Source: Prorocentrum cordatum (lineage: Eukaryota). From it: DNA of 64,000 bases. The translations under genes and the position numbers were made by a program. The notes under the pieces are model-generated. The model was not told the origin of the DNA. It saw only the letters and a program-made list of their open reading frames with translations, and ran no database searches. The stretch's first letter is position 1. Each line of letters starts with the position of its first letter. The DNA is taken from positions 310,001-374,000 of the forward strand of contig CAUYUJ010000259.1 in the NCBI GenBank assembly GCA_963575745.1. Reading direction: 5' to 3'. This document shows, piece by piece, positions 1 to 13,705 of this stretch.

Positions 1-2609
1 ATGTGTATAATTTTGCACTATCCAACGCAGGCCGGTATCGTGTTTCACAAACCAACAGTTTCCAACACATTTTTTGCACACACGGGACAACATGCACACG
101 CGGGCGTCGTCGCGAGGTTCTCTGATGATTCAGAATTGAGTGTTGCCCATGTGTTTTGGATAAACAGATGGGGTCGCTTTGATTTTCACTCGAAACAAGC
201 TTGCGCCCGCACTCTTGTCGAATTCGCCGGGCAACCGTTCCAAACGCGTGTCATAACATGCTACCAAGCGGGGTTCGCGCGAACATGTCGAAGTCGTGCG
301 AGCGTCTCTGCGCACGCAGTGTCGCAAGGTTGTTATTGCAACATAAATGACGATGTGCACACGCGCGGCATCGTCTCCGTCACTGGCTTTGCCGTCGTCA
401 AGGTCACCATCGTCACCAGCATCGTCAGCATCATCATCGAGTCGACCGTTGTTGACTTTGCCATGATACCGCGCCCGCCCAAGTCGCCGACTCGCACTGA
501 AGTTCCCGCTGGGAAACGCCCAGCGAAACGTGCCACCGCGGACGCGTCAGTCGCGCCAAAGTGGCTGGCTGGCCGCTGCGCGCGCGAGCATGCGCGGGCT
601 AGTGCAGCCGCAAACGTGCACCAGCCAACACCAAGCACTCATCGCACTCGCCGCCGCATGGTTTTTATGCAAACCAAGTTGCTTGTGGGTGGGTGGGACG
701 ATTGCGCGAACAGTGCGGTGGGCAAGCCATTGCGAACACATGTAGATGTATATACATACGTATACATCTACATCTACATCTATATATATGTATTTATATA
801 CATACATACACATACATACAGACATACATACATACATATGCCGCACGCAGTTTATTGTACCACGTACGTTGCGCAGCGCCGTCTGCAACACCAATCGAAT
901 GGTTTTCGGCCCATCCCGCTATGGTGCCTGGGTTGTGGGCATGAGGTTTGTAGGATGTTCGTGGGTATTTTGTTGGGGGTTTCCCCGGTGCCTTCTGGAG
1001 GGAATTTGGAAGCTTCTTGCGGGCCAATCGAGGGCCTCTTTGGGTATGTGTTGGGCCTCCTGGGGGCCTCTTGGAATCTCTTGGGGCCTTTTGCGGGCCT
1101 ATGGGGGGCCTCGTCGTTTTTTCGGAGCGCCTCTCGGGGCCCTCTGGGGGGCATTTCGGGCGGAAGGCTCGGATGTTCGGTTCGTGTTCCCTTTTTTGGG
1201 GCACTTTTGGGATTGATTGTCGGGCCTCCCTGGGGACTTTTTGGAACCTCTTGGGCCGTGCTGGGGCCGTCTTGAGGCCCTCTTGGGCAGTTTGGGGGCC
1301 CGCTTGGAGGCCTCTCTGGGCGGTTCTGGTGGCCTGTGGGGTCGTTGGGGAGCGTCGGGAAGCAGAACAGGCGAGAACGCCAAACACCTTCAAACATCTA
1401 GGGCAAATCAGTGAGTTTGGCCTCCCAGGTTTGTTGGAGGGCCTTTGTCGGAAACTGGTACGTATACATTACCAGTGGCGGGCTGTCTTTCAATCCCACG
1501 AATTCCCGAGGGTCAAGGACGACGCTGGGGTGGTGTGGTGTACTTTTTTCCCCGATGTCCCGGGGAAACAACGACACATGTATACACCAGAGTCCCGTAT
1601 ACACCATGATCCGTTCCCAAGTGCAAATTTCAATGCAGGGCCGGAAAAAGCGTCGGTGTATATAGAGTTCGATTCCCAATTTTGGGCCGTTTTTGGCAAA
1701 TGTTGTTCGTATTGGAGCTATATTTCGGCGACTTCGTGCCCTCTTGGTCCGTTGTGGGGCCCCTTGGGGGCCGAAGACGGCGTGAGGGGGCACTCGACAA
1801 TCTCCTGGAGAGTTGGGCCGAGGGGCTCCGAACCCCTTAAGACGTCTTCAGCAGTGACGCTTAGAGGGGATTGGGCAAAGGACTTGAGGACATGCACAAT
1901 CCGTACCCAGCGGCAGTGTGGCGGATAGGGTACAATATCTTTATGTATGTATGCATGCATGTGTTAGTGTATATATGTATGTATTTGTATATTGTACCAT
2001 GTATACCCCACAGGGTCAATGCACTATGTAGCTGACCCCACACATATATCCACAATACTGGTCTCACCACGTATCCAGAGCACACCACAAGCACCTATAC
2101 ATATGTTTATATGTAGAAGTAGAGAGAGATGTACTGTTCATTAAAGATGTGTGTGTGTGTGTTGCACCACCTATGCGTATCCGCATAGTGTACACTCAAT
2201 AGGTGCATACATGTGGACGTATGCCCAGATCTGAACATCGTACCATCTACATTGCACCACAAATCTTACATCGCATAACTTGCACAACCTTTCTTGCGCC
2301 ACGTTATATGGTCAGAGACGCTGCTTGGGGTCCAGGTTGGCTAACCTTCTGTGTGCACACATTCTTCGCATATGTGCACTAGCAGTATCTGTCTCCCGGT
2401 CCCCCTCTCTCTCTGGATCTTCCCCTCCATGTCCCTCTCCTTCTCCCTGGCATCCCGTTTCCCCGCTTCCCTTCCTTGTCAGTTTCCCGTCCTCATCCCG
2501 CCCTTTTTTTCTTGCCCCTCCCCCGCCAGACTCCCCCGCGGCCGCGTTCGCTCGTCCCCTGTTTCTCCCATCACCTCGACGAGAGTCGTCGGAGGGGCGA
2601 GGGGCGACG

Positions 2610-3320
2610 CGGGGAGGAGGAGGAGGAGGAGGAGGAGGAGGAGGAGAAGGAGGAGGAGGAGGAGGAGGATGACGAGGAGGACGAGGAGGAGGGGGAGGAG
2701 CAGGAGCAGGAGGAGGAGGAGGATGGGAGGAGGAGGAGGGCGGGGAGGAGGAGGAGAGGGGGAGGAGGAGGAGGCGGAGGAGGACGGTGGGGAGAGGAGG
2801 AGGAGGGAGGAGAGGAGGAGGAGGAGGAGGAGGAGGAGGATTGGGGGCGGAGGATTGGGGAGGAGGAAGGGAGGTGGGCGAGAGGAGGAGGAGGAGGAGG
2901 AGGAGGAGAGGAGGAGGAGGAGGAGGAGGAGGGAGAGGAGGAAGGAGGAGGAGAGGAGGAGGAGGAGAGGAGAGGAGGAGGAGGAGGATGAGGAGAGGAG
3001 GAAGGAGGGGAAGAGAGGAGGAGGGGGTGGAGGAGAGGAGGAGGAGGAGGAGGAGAAGGGAGGAGGAGGAGGAGGAAGGATTGGGGAGGGAGGATGGGGA
3101 GGGAGGAGGAGAGGAGGAGGAGGAGGGAGGAGGGGGAGGAGGAGGAGGAGGAGAGGAGGAGGAGGAGGATGAGGAGAGGAGGAGGAGAGGAGGAGCGGGG
3201 AGGAGGAGGAGGAGGAGGAGGAGGAGGAGGAGGAGGAGGAGGAGGAGGAGGAGGAGGCGGAGGAGGAGGAGGAGGAGGAGGAGAGGAGGAGGAGGAGGAG
3301 GAGGAGGAGGAGGAGGAGGG
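2610..3320 (+). repeat. (GGA)n microsatellite
   Basis: Direct reading. Confidence 0.95.
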
Positions 3321-3814
3321 CAAGTCGCCCGGACCCGCAGCCGCAGGCCCCGCAGGCATGCCCGCGGCGCCCTTTCCATCTCAGTGGGTGGGGGCGAGGG
3401 GCCGCGTCGGGCAGGACGGACAGGCCCCACCCCCAGGGAATCAGGGGTAGTGATAGGCATGGATAGGCACATGGGGAGGACAGTATCCAAAATCGCCCAT
3501 GGATCGCCGATGGGGCTCTGATAGCCCCACCCCGCGCAGGAAGGTGCGGATTCGCTATCGGGGGCCTGTCGCTGATCTATCGGCGATGCATCACCGATTC
3601 CAGGTCGATGTTTCTCCCTCCTGTGCCAGTCCCCCCCGTTCCGGTGCCCGTCAGGGGGTTGTCTCGGTTCTTCTGCTTGCTTCGCCTCCCTTGCCCTTCC
3701 CTTTTCTCCCTCCTGTGCGTGACGTTGGCCAGACGTCGCGTGCACTTAGGTGTCTCAGCTGGGGATGTGCGGCGACACCGCTCTGGGGTCGCTGCCCCGG
3801 TCTGGGCGGTGCAG

Positions 3815-3851
3815 GGCCGCAGCGCGGATGGAGGCGCACGCGCGGATGCGG
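3815..3851 (+). CDS. Putative exon of a small Cys-rich host protein (AAARMEAHARMR)
   Basis: cag|G acceptor and G|gc donor. Ends in phase 0 and joins in frame to 5035. Confidence 0.5.
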
Positions 3852-5034
3852 GCGCGTGGCTCTGGCGGCGGGTCCCGCTTCCGTGCCACACGGGCGCGCT
3901 CTCCCCCACGGCAGGCGGCTTAATGGTGCCACGGCCTCTCCTGCTCGGTGGATCTGGCAGCCACGCGCCAGGGGCCACGGCCGCCCAATCTTAAGCCGGG
4001 CTTGTCCCTCTACGGGAGGAATGCTCAGACATGGTCCAACAATTAGTCGGGGGACGATTTTTGGGGAGCATTTTTGGCGTACTCTCCGCCGGTAGGGGGA
4101 TATGCCCGACTTAAACCAAAACCGACAGGATCCAGCATGCCAGGCACCCCTGTGATGAATCAGGGCGCGGCGGATACATCGAAGACGCCTACGGCGAATC
4201 GGGGCGCGGCGGCCATTTTGGGCCAACGTGTTCATCTTGGAGGCCATCTTCAGCCGTCTTGGAGGAAGCATTGGGGAATCTGGGCTCTGGGCAGGTGGCC
4301 TCCTCTCGACGGACGCTCTCGACGGACGTCACGAGAGAGCACGGCAGGCCCTTGCCGCGACGCGGCGGAGCTGGCTCCCGCGCGGGCGCTCTCGGGGCAG
4401 GGCGGCCGGTCCAGGACGACTGCCGCGGGGTCGGAGAGCCGCGATTCGCGCAGGGCGGAAGGGCCCACGCGGCCTCAGAGGCCAACTCTTCCGGATGCAG
4501 CTCCTGGGAGGTCAGATTCTGATCTTGCCCTGGTCTGAGATCCCGTACCAAGCCGGTTTCGTCCGGTTCCATCCGGCTTGATCTGGCTTGATCCCGCCCA
4601 GTCCGGCTTCATCCCGCTTGTTCCGCGGCCTAATTAGGCGTCGCAGCCCCCCAATGGATAATTAATCTTCCTGAATCCTTCCGACGAAGACCTCCCAGTA
4701 GTTGCCTTCTAACGCTCCAATGTGGTCACGACACGAACTTGCCGTAGGCAGAAGGAGCCCCAGGCGCCGAGTTCCGCCCGAAAGATTTGCCGCTCAGAAA
4801 AAAGGGGGAAACCTTGGGATACACCCCAAGGGGGCTATTCGAACGCACCTCGATTAAACCTTACATTTAATTGATCCATTCGAAAACCCACGCAGCCTGG
4901 AGAGGGGTCGACATCTCCCGTGTGTGAGACGAAGGTGGCGACGACGACGAGGGCGGCAACGTCGCCGGCGTCGATGGCGACGGCGACCGGCGACGGCGAC
5001 CGGCGGCGACGGCGACCAGCGGCGCCCCGGAGAG

Positions 5035-5103
5035 GTCACCGTGGGCGGTTACCCTTCGGCGTCGGACGCCTGCGACGCCTGCTTCACGTCCTTCACCAAG
5101 CAG
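5035..5103 (+). CDS. Exon of a small Cys-rich host protein (VTVGGYPSASDACDACFTSFTKQ)
   Basis: ag|G acceptor, CAG|gt donor, GC3-rich codons, phase-compatible with 9550. Confidence 0.85.
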
Positions 5104-5648
5104 GTGCCGCGCCGATCGCCAGAGTTTTCAACTGATCGCTATCCCCGTCCCAATCATGCTCGCGTCGTGGAAAATCAGGACGAGAGGCGTTTCGCTATTT
5201 TCGGCCTCTTGGGGGCCCTTGCCAGGCCCCGGGGCTGTCAAGAAATGACTCGGGATGAAACTCCGGCCCTAGGGAAAGAGTGGCGACTTTCGGGGACCGC
5301 GCATTGAAAATCAGGACGTCACGTGTCTGTGTCCCCATCCACATCCACATCCGCATCCCCACCATCCCACCACCCTAGTTGGGGATGAGTTCCTCGAAAC
5401 TCGAAGGGAACAGCCATATCCCCATCTAGTGGGGCAAGTCGGCCCGTGGGGCCCGGGCCACGCCAGTGGGGACAGGGATCGGTCAATCGGTGCTGGGAGT
5501 CGTGGCTCGAGGATAGAGGCGTTTTGGACGGCCTCTTGTCTCCTATCCAGCCCCTGGGGGCTTCCAGGGGCTTCCGAGGCCTCCAAAGAGCCTTTGGGAA
5601 CCCCCAGGAGACTTCCGTAGGAGCGAGGCGGGAGGAGGGTAGAAGAAG

Positions 5649-5824
5649 AAAACACGCCATACACATCAACTTTAAGCGCTCCTCGCGGATTTTTTGGATC
5701 TGCCCCTCCCTGGCGCGCGGAGGGCGCCAGGGGCGGCGCCAGAGGCGCTGCCAGGGGGGCCCAGCGCGGATCCAGGAAGTCCACGCGGAGCGCCAACAAA
5801 AAGTTGACGTGTATGGCGTGTTTT
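5649..5824. mobile_element. MITE-like element with ~25-bp TIRs
   Basis: aaaacacgccatacacatcaacttt pairs with aaagttgacgtgtatggcgtgtttt. The internal part is related to ~21180-21270 and ~57318-57425. Confidence 0.75.
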
Positions 5825-8221
5825 TGTTCCCCCCTTCACACTTCGCTACGACGGTGCCCCCGTTTAGTGAGCTCTTCCGCCAGTGCAGTTGCTCTTCCGA
5901 GCCGCCGACGCAAAACAAAGGTGTTCTTCTTCTAGAGGGGGCGGGTTCCCACGACGCGCTGTCTGCACACTTTCACTCGTCAGGTGGGGCGGCAGCATCG
6001 TGGGAGTCGGCAGCGAGATCTTGGTGCCCGATCTCCGGGTAGCACCGCAATGCGACATCGCGGCGCCCTGTTTCACCTTGCTCGCGCGCCGTCTGGCGCT
6101 AGGATTCTCGCTCGCTCGCTCGCTAGCTTCTAGAGGGGGGAGGCAGCGAGCTGGGGGTCCCCGAGCGCACGGCGCGGGGGAAACACCTTCGGGCGAGACC
6201 GCACGGCTGCGGGGCCCTCGCGACGCGCTCTCCGAGGAGCTTTTCGCGGGCGACGGGGGGCCCTCCAGGTCTCGCCAGCCCCTGCGCCGACGGAGCGTGC
6301 GGCGATGTCTCTCTTGCGATCTCGAGGTCACCTCACGGTCCGTCACTCAGAGGAGGAAAGGTACCTCCTCCTCCTCCCCCTCCTCCCATACTTCTACCCT
6401 TCCCCCGTTTTCCCCCTCTCGGGCCTCCTGGGAGGTACTTGTCGCCACCGCTGGGTTCGCCTCGGAATCCTGGTCAGAGCGCACCCTGGGAGCGGTCCAG
6501 GGAGGACTTAGCGTTGTCCGTACCCTCCTGATTTCCCCAGCACGGTCGGTCAACGCACCGCTCTGGGGAGCCTCCCCATGCGAGGAGCAGTGAACGCGTT
6601 GAGGGTCAGGGGTCGGAGGGGTCCCGTGTCTCTTCTGGCTTCCAGCGGGTTCTCCTGGCCCGGGGGCGGTTCCCATCCGCCGCGCCTTGTCGAGCGCCTC
6701 CCGGTGCTGCCCAGATCGTGCCGACCAGCCGGTGCCCGGGCCATGGCTCGAAAGCCGAAGCACGGAGGAGGGGCACGGAGGAGTTGTTTCTGAAGGTTTT
6801 GGCGGCCTTCGAAGGTCGGTCCGCGTCAGGGGATGGGTAAGGCGGAGAGGACGGGGGGGATAGAAAAGAGAGCCTTCGAACAGGGGAGGAGGTGCAGGAG
6901 GAGGTAGGCAGGGATTGCATGGGGCAAGCAGATAGAAAAGTGCCGGACAAGGAGAGGGGAAGACGGAAGGGGAGGGGCAAAAGGAGGAGCAGGAGGAGGA
7001 GGAGGCGCGATTCTGTCACACGGACGGAAATTAGACGCGAAACCTTCGAGGCGGAGTGTATGGTGGAGGGCCAGAGGGGGGGTGTCAAGGAGAGGTGACG
7101 TGCGATAAGTTGTGGGCCTAGAGCCCCTTGGATGCATCTGAAGGGCTCTTGGCCTCTTGAGGGCATCTTGAGGGGCCCTCATGGAGCTTGGGGCCGTCTG
7201 GGGGCCTCTGAGGGCCTCTTTGGAAACTCCTTGGTTGGCTCTTGGGGCCATTTTCGGGGGAACGGCTTGAAATGTCAGTTCGCATTTCCTTTTGAGGGCC
7301 CTCTTGGGGCTCTCTTGGGCCGTCTTTGGGGACCTGGGGGCGTTTTCGGGATCTTTTTTGGGGCGCATGGGCCGTCTTGGGGCGAACTTGGGGGCCTTTG
7401 GGGAGCTTTGGACGCTGTCAAAACGAAAACGGCGATTCTGACAGAAATGCCGAAGGGAATGGGACGATGTTTGCCTCTTGCGGCCCTCTCGGCGGTCCTC
7501 TGGGAGCACTCTTGGGCAGTCTTGGGGGCCTCGAGGGCCGTATTGAAGCCATCTTTGACCGTCGTGTGGCCACCATAGCCCGTCTCGACGATCTCTTGGA
7601 CTGTTTTGGCGCTCTGTATGGGCCGTCTTGGGGCTCTTTGGAGGCCCCAGAGTCCCCGGGGGTGTGGTGAGGAACTCATCCCCCCCGGGAACTTTATTGT
7701 TTAAGCCATCTGGAGGGGGAAGGAGGACTGTCAAATGTCTCACACGCCGATTCACCCCCTGCAAGCGGGCGAAGGCGGATTGCATCAGGGAGAAGGAGGG
7801 TGAGGATGAGGAAGGGTCGGAGGCGCATGACCCGGGTGGGCAGTGCCTGATATATACCGGCCACGGATTTCTTGTTAGAACGCGCCCCAGAAAAGGTCCG
7901 GTGAGTGGCGGTATAGGTATTGTTCGATTCCCCTAGGACGAGTGTTAGCACAATGTGTGTTCCCTCCGTTCGGCTCCACCAATAGCACGCGGCCCGTGTC
8001 GACCCCTACACCACCCACGCTTTATGAAGGGGCTTAGTGGGACAGGCACACGTTACCGCTAACACACGCTCCGGGGATCATCGGAAGGAGTCATGCGTAG
8101 TCTCTTCGGGCTCTCTTGTGGTCGTCTGTTGGCCGTCTTCGGGTCACTTCGGAGCCGCTTGGGTCCCCTGCGGCCGACCCGTCCCGCGGCTTTGTCAGAC
8201 GGCTCCGCGCTCGCACCCAGA

Positions 8222-8385
8222 GTTAGGTCGGACATGTCCCCCTGCAGGCGGATTTTGGACGGAGAATAAAGGATACTCCAAAAACGCTCAAACATGATCG
8301 AACAATACTCAAAAAATGGTCTCCAGAGTATGTCTTGATTATTTTCGAATGTTCCTCCTGTACAGGGACAGGCCCGACTTCAACC
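8222..8385. repeat. Small TIR repeat family (gtcgg(a/g)catgtcccc..caggcggattttgg)
   Basis: Related arms at ~4075-4117, 11400-11525, 26905-26945 and 63885-63905. Confidence 0.65.
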
Positions 8386-8866
8386 CAGAGCCCAGAGCCG
8401 CCTTTCCGCAGGAGGCCTCGCGCACGCCCGAGGGGGAGAGGGGGTCTGCGCCTGGTGCCCTCTCCCCCGGTGTCCAGGGCTTCACGCGAAATGCCTATGC
8501 GCAACGTCCTCAGAGCCCGCTCGCACCGAGGCGCGCATGGCGTGCGCGTGGTGGTTCTACTTCAGAAAGAAGGGAGGTTACGGAGGAGGAGGGAGAGGAG
8601 GAGGGGGAGCGAGGGTGCGTCAGCAGGAGGAGGCAGCGGACGAGGTGGATCCGGAAGGAGGCAAGGGAGTAGAGAGGCGGCGGCGGAGGAGCGGGAGGGG
8701 GAGGGTGCAGGAGGGATGATGGTGCCTCCTCTCTTTCCCTCTCTCTCTTCTCTCGCTTTCTTCTCTTCGTCTCTTCTTTTCTCCCCCACCTGTCGAGGGA
8801 CGGCTGGTGGTGGTGTTTCTGAGTCATGCGGATCTCGGGAGCCCGTCTTTCAGGGCGTGTCATCAA

Positions 8867-8905
<39 letters not shown>

Positions 8906-9094
8906 CTGCTGGGGTCCAGCCCCACACTTATAGTTTACCTCTGCGCGCCCTACTTGCCGTCTTCTCACGTTTTCCCTAATGAGCCCCCCCTCCGCCCCAC
9001 CGTGTTCAGCCGTGGGGCGGGGGCAGGAAAGATGGCCGCGTCTGCACGGCACTTACGCCAAGAGCGAGCGAGGGCAGGAGAGGAGATTGCGAAT

Positions 9095-9530
9095 CATGAG
9101 GATGATGGTGATGGTGGCCACACGGTGATGGTGGTGGTGATGGTGGCGGTGGCGATTGTGATGTTGTTGATGTTGATGCTGATGATGACGGTACTGATGA
9201 TGATGGTGATGGTGATGATGATGATGATAATGATGGTGGTGATGATGATGTTGAGCATGATGATGAGGATGATGATAATGTTGAGGGTAATAATGCGTAA
9301 GATGATGATAATGATGACCATGACGCGGATGATGATACTGATGTTGATGTTGATGCTGATGTTGTTGCCGCTGCTGATGACGATGGTGGTGGTGGTGCGG
9401 GTGCTGGTAGTGGTGATGATTGATGATGACGATGCGTAAAATCCAGGAGATGGAGGAGGAGGAGGAGGAGGAGAAGGAGGAGGAGGAGGAGGAGGAGAAG
9501 GAGGAGGAGGAGGAGGAGGAGGAGGAGGAG
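9095..9530 (+). repeat. (GAT)n then (GGA)n microsatellites
   Basis: Direct reading. Confidence 0.95.
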
Positions 9531-9549
9531 CTGTGCACTCCCCCCTCAG

Positions 9550-9610
9550 GGCGTACCTCCCGCCGGGCCCGTCGCGCCGCACTGCGTGTGCATGTCCTAC
9601 CCCGACGGAG
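9550..9610 (+). CDS. Exon of a small Cys-rich host protein (GVPPAGPVAPHCVCMSYPDG)
   Basis: cag|G acceptor and G|gc donor. The phase-1 end matches 13153. Confidence 0.85.
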
Positions 9611-9665
9611 GCCTGCGCGCGGGCCTGTGCCCCCCCCCCATCCCCCTCACCCCACTTTTCGGGTC

Positions 9666-10040
9666 GGGCGGGATGGGGGAGCACGGGGAGGGAGGGTTGC
9701 GACATTCTTGGCCTCCGAGATGGGTTTGGAGCAGATGGGGTCGGAGGATCGCGCCACACGGCCGGCGCATCGCCGACGCACCTCACCCCGCGTTTCGCGT
9801 TGGGCGGGATGGGGGGGAGCACGGGAAGGGAGGGTTGCGACATTCTAGGCCTCCGCGATGGGTTCGGAGCAGATGGGGTCGGAGGATCGCGCCGCACGGC
9901 CGGTGCATCGCCGACGCATCGGCGATGCGGCTCGACGCGGGGCCCGATGTTCTCCGCGCTGGCGTCGCCAGTGCATCGCCGACGTCGCCAGTGCATCGCC
10001 GATGCATCGGCGATGTGGCGCGATCCTCCGACCCCATCTA
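9666..10040. repeat. Foldback element with a duplicated left arm
   Basis: ~115-bp direct repeat (9666-9780 vs 9802-9918). agatggggtcggaggatcgcgcc is inverted at ~10017-10039. Relatives at ~26690-26800 and ~63240-63390. Confidence 0.75.
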
Positions 10041-11864
10041 CTCGGACCCCATCTAGGAGGCCTCTGGACATTTGCTGCGTGCCGTTGGTTCCGGAGGGAT
10101 TGAGGGGATTGGGCGGAGGGAAGTCCAGCAGGAGGCTTCTCAGCACCACAACTGCATTCTCTTGGAAATGCGTGTCCACATGCACCCGCTGGGCAGGTCG
10201 GGGAGTCGAGCTGCAGGGAGGAGGAATGGGGAGGGGTAACCGATTAGGACGGAGGGGGAAAGAGGGAGGTGTGGAGGAGGAGGGGGAAGGAGGGAGGGGG
10301 AAGGAGATAGAGGGGTATTTGAAGGCGTGCCTGGTAGGCAAAAGTGACGCCAAGAGGAGGGCAATGGCGGAACCATCACTGGGACGGGTAGGGAGGACGA
10401 AGAGGTCGAGGAGAAAAGGTGGATGTCCTCGTTCTCGTGCTTCTCCGGCTTCTCCTCTCCTCTTTTTCTCTGCCTGCTCCCCCGTTTTCTCCTTGTCCTC
10501 CTCGTCCTCGTCCTCCTCCTCCTCCTCCTCCTCCTCCTCCTCCTCCTCCTCCTCCTCCTCCTCCTCCTCCCCCTCCTCGTCCTCCTCCTCCTCCTCCTCC
10601 TTCTCCTCCCCCTCCTCCTCCCGCCCCAGGGGGGCCCCGAGAGTGGGGTCGGGCTTCGGCCCCTTGGCGGAGGCGGGGACCGCCGGGCCCTCGGGGCGAC
10701 AAGCCCCCGCACCCCGGGGGACGCCGCCAAAGTGCGGTTTCCTTCCCCCGGGGGGGTCGCCAGGTCCCGTGGCCTTCCCCAGGGCGGTGCTGGATCCCCC
10801 CCCAGCGCTTGCCGCCCTGGGGCGGGACTGGCGGCTCGTCTTCGTCGTGTCGGTCGTCCGTCTCGTGTCGTGCGTTTGTCGTTGCCGTTTCATCCCCCCG
10901 TCGTGTCGTTTCGTGTCGTGCCGCTTTTTGGTTCGGTCCTGGGCGTCCTGGGGTCCGAAACCTGGGTCCCTGGGGGCGGGCGGCGCGGCGCCGCGCGGCC
11001 CGTCCTTTGGGGCCCCCGTCGTTTTTCCCCGTGTGGTTCGGTCGGGCTCGCCCGCCGTCCGCGCGCGCGGGGCGTCGCGCCGCTGCGGCCAGCGCGGCGA
11101 CACCCTATGGGCTGAAGGCTGCGCGGTGCGGAAAAAAAATCCCCCTCCTCCTCCCCCTCCCCCTCCTCCTCCTCCTCCTGGCGACTGGGGCCTCCAGGGC
11201 CACCAAACCGTGCGTTGACGGACCGTGCGGTGAGGTCTTGGGGGAGTTCGAGGTCACCGCGCGGTCTGCCACCGCACCGCTTCGGAACTCCGAACTGATC
11301 CCGAGGGGCCCTTCCCAGAGGAGCTCTCCCGGGAGCCCCCAGGGGCGCCTCCACGGGGCGCGCCCCCCGTGCGAGGTCCACAGGGGGCCCTGGCCTCACG
11401 TCGGGCATGGCGCTCTGCAGGGAGGAATATCCGAAGATAGTCTAAATATGTTGGTCGATTTGTTGGGGTATGTTTCATTTTTCGCCCAAAATCCGCCTGT
11501 AGGGGGACATGCCCGACCTAACCCTGGCCAAGGGTGGGGATGGGGAAGCCCGAGGGCGCTGGCAGACGGCGGGGGGCCGGGGCGGCGTTCCTCCCTCCTC
11601 GTTCCCTTTTGCACCTTCCCTGCCTCCTCCCACCGCTCTCCTCCCTCCCCCTCTCCCTCCCCCTCCCCTCTCCCTCCCTCCTCCTCCCTCCTTCCTCCTC
11701 CCCCTCCCCCCTACCTCCTCCCCTCCTCCTCTCTCTCCTCCCTCCTACCTCCCCTCCCTCTCCTCCCTCCCTCCCTCCCTCCCTCCTCCCTCCTCCCCCC
11801 CCCCTCTCCCCCCTCCTGCCTCATCCCACCTCTCCCCCTTCCCATCTCCCTCCTTCTCCCAGGC

Positions 11865-12050
11865 GATCGCAAATATGGATCAAGGAGGCGTGGATTAGCG
11901 ACCGGTCCAGTTTCCATGGGAAACGGATTTCCGCCGCCGAACGGGGCGGCACCGGCCGCATTTTGGAGAGGGCACTTCCCCCGATTCATGGGCTTGGCGA
12001 CCGCGCGCCAAATTCATGGATCGCTAATCCATGTTTGCGCGCCCCCGATT
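11865..12050. repeat. ~190-bp foldback repeat family (other copies ~23696-23885 and ~57475-57662)
   Basis: Three dispersed similar copies with inverted motifs gcaaa(c/t)atggat/atccatgtttgc and tggattagcga/tcgctaatcca. Confidence 0.85.
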
Positions 12051-13152
12051 CCCACGCCCCCCCCACGCTCCCTCCGCAGGGGTGCCAGCAGAAGGCTGGG
12101 GAGTGCGGGCACGAGGGTGTGGGGTTTTTCCTGTTTCCCTCCCTCCTCCCATTCCTTCCCTTGTGAATTGTTCCTACCTGTCGCACCCCGATGCGGGCTG
12201 GTGGGGCGGAAAGACGAGCGTTCCGTCTGCTCACCCTTGATGATCTTCAAGCTGACCAGCGGCAACAGATTCATGGATGAATGGCGGACCGTTTTCAAAA
12301 AGTGGCTCTCGCCGTAGCGTCTCGCACATTCGTCTGAAAAATGTTACACGGGCTTCACGGTCGGAGGATGGTACCTTTTTCAAAATGTGGCGATCGCCTT
12401 AGCCCAGCGCTCAGTCATGCGTCTGAAGAGATCACAACAGTTTCAATGATTCTGATGGTTGTCGTCCCAGCGACGGTGCTGTGGCACGATTGTAGGATTG
12501 TGATGGTGCAGCGGTTGACTCGCGGTGTTGAAGTCCCAGCGATGGTTTTCTAGCCCAGTTCAAGATCGTCAGGCCGCAGAAGTAACGTTGATTCGCGGCG
12601 TTGAAGTCCCAGGAAATATGCTCCTGCACGTTTCAGACTTTCCCGACGTTTGTCCTCCAACGTGGAATTCCCCCAGTGAAAATACACCTTTGTAGTGGCC
12701 CCTGAAGAGGGAACTTGGAGGGAGTCTTTATTGCAACATCGTTGATGAGTCTTGGGTCTACACTGGTCCCGCCTCCCTCCTCCTCCCTCCACCCTCCTCC
12801 TCCTTCCCCCTCCTCCCTCCTCCCTTTTCCCCCCGTTCCCTCCACGACCGAGGTCGACCCTCGTCGCACGTCTTTGCCAACCACCTCCACCCCTCCCGCC
12901 TTCCTCCTGCTCCTCTCCCCACCCCCCCGCCCGCCTCCGAAAGGGAAGAGCTGCCGACGGATGGCCCCGGGCGCCACGACGGCGGCGGCGACACGTGGCG
13001 ACCCGTGGCGGCGGGAGCGGCGAGAACTTCCGACGCCGACGGCGGGGACCAGCAGCGCGGACGCCGGCGGCGGCGGCGGCGGGTCTGCGAGGGCGGCGGC
13101 GAGGAGGCCGCGCGCGCCGCGGGGGCGGTGCGGGCGCGCGCGGCCTCGGCAG

Positions 13153-13212
13153 GAGAGCACACCATGTTCTGCGCCACGCCCGTGTCGGCCGCGGACTTCG
13201 TGGCCGAGAAGG
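13153..13212 (+). CDS. Exon of a small Cys-rich host protein (GEHTMFCATPVSAADFVAEK)
   Basis: cag|G acceptor and G|gc donor, phase 1 at both ends. Confidence 0.85.
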
Positions 13213-13705
13213 GCGCGCACCGCCCTCCTCGGGCCCCGGCCCCGCCCTCCTCCTCCTCCTCCTCCTCCTCCTCCTCCTCCTCCTCCTCCTCCTCCTCCTC
13301 CTCCTCCTCCTCCTCCTCCTCCCCCTCCTCCTCCTCCCCCTCCTCCCCCTCCGCCGGCGCTGCTGCGCGCGCGGGAATAGTCAGGCGCCCGACGCGAGCG
13401 GTGCCCAGAAGCGCGCCGGCCCCGCCTCCCCACGTCGCCTTCTCTCGGCCAGCGGCGCTGGTGGTGCTGCTGCTGCTGCTGATGATGATGACGATGACGA
13501 TGACGAGGACGAAGAAGACGATGATGATGATGATGACGATGATGATGAAGGTGGGTTTGATTATGCCCATGATGAGAGTGATGACGACGATGACGACAAT
13601 TCCCACGACGACGACGATGGTGGCGGCTGCGGCGGCGACGACGACGATGGCGATCAGAATGCTCCTGATGATGCTGATGATGTCTGGATGCAGCAGATGT
13701 GATTG

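Noticed and set aside
1..1275. 424-aa ORF at the window start
   Set aside because: It spans unrelated pieces (complex sequence, TA/CATA microsatellite, minisatellite) and is not a coherent protein.
3340..3390. Candidate upstream exon of the Cys-rich gene
   Set aside because: No donor gives the phase needed to join 3815, and there is no clear signal peptide.
2280..3745. Long poly-Pro/Glu/Gly/Arg ORFs (also ~9100-13700, 19800-22200, 24900-28300)
   Set aside because: They arise from stop-free triplet microsatellites open in several frames on both strands, with no domain signal.
12200..12630. Complex sequence with repeated WDFN peptide on the minus strand
   Set aside because: Possibly a decayed TE fragment, but it is short, broken and unassignable.
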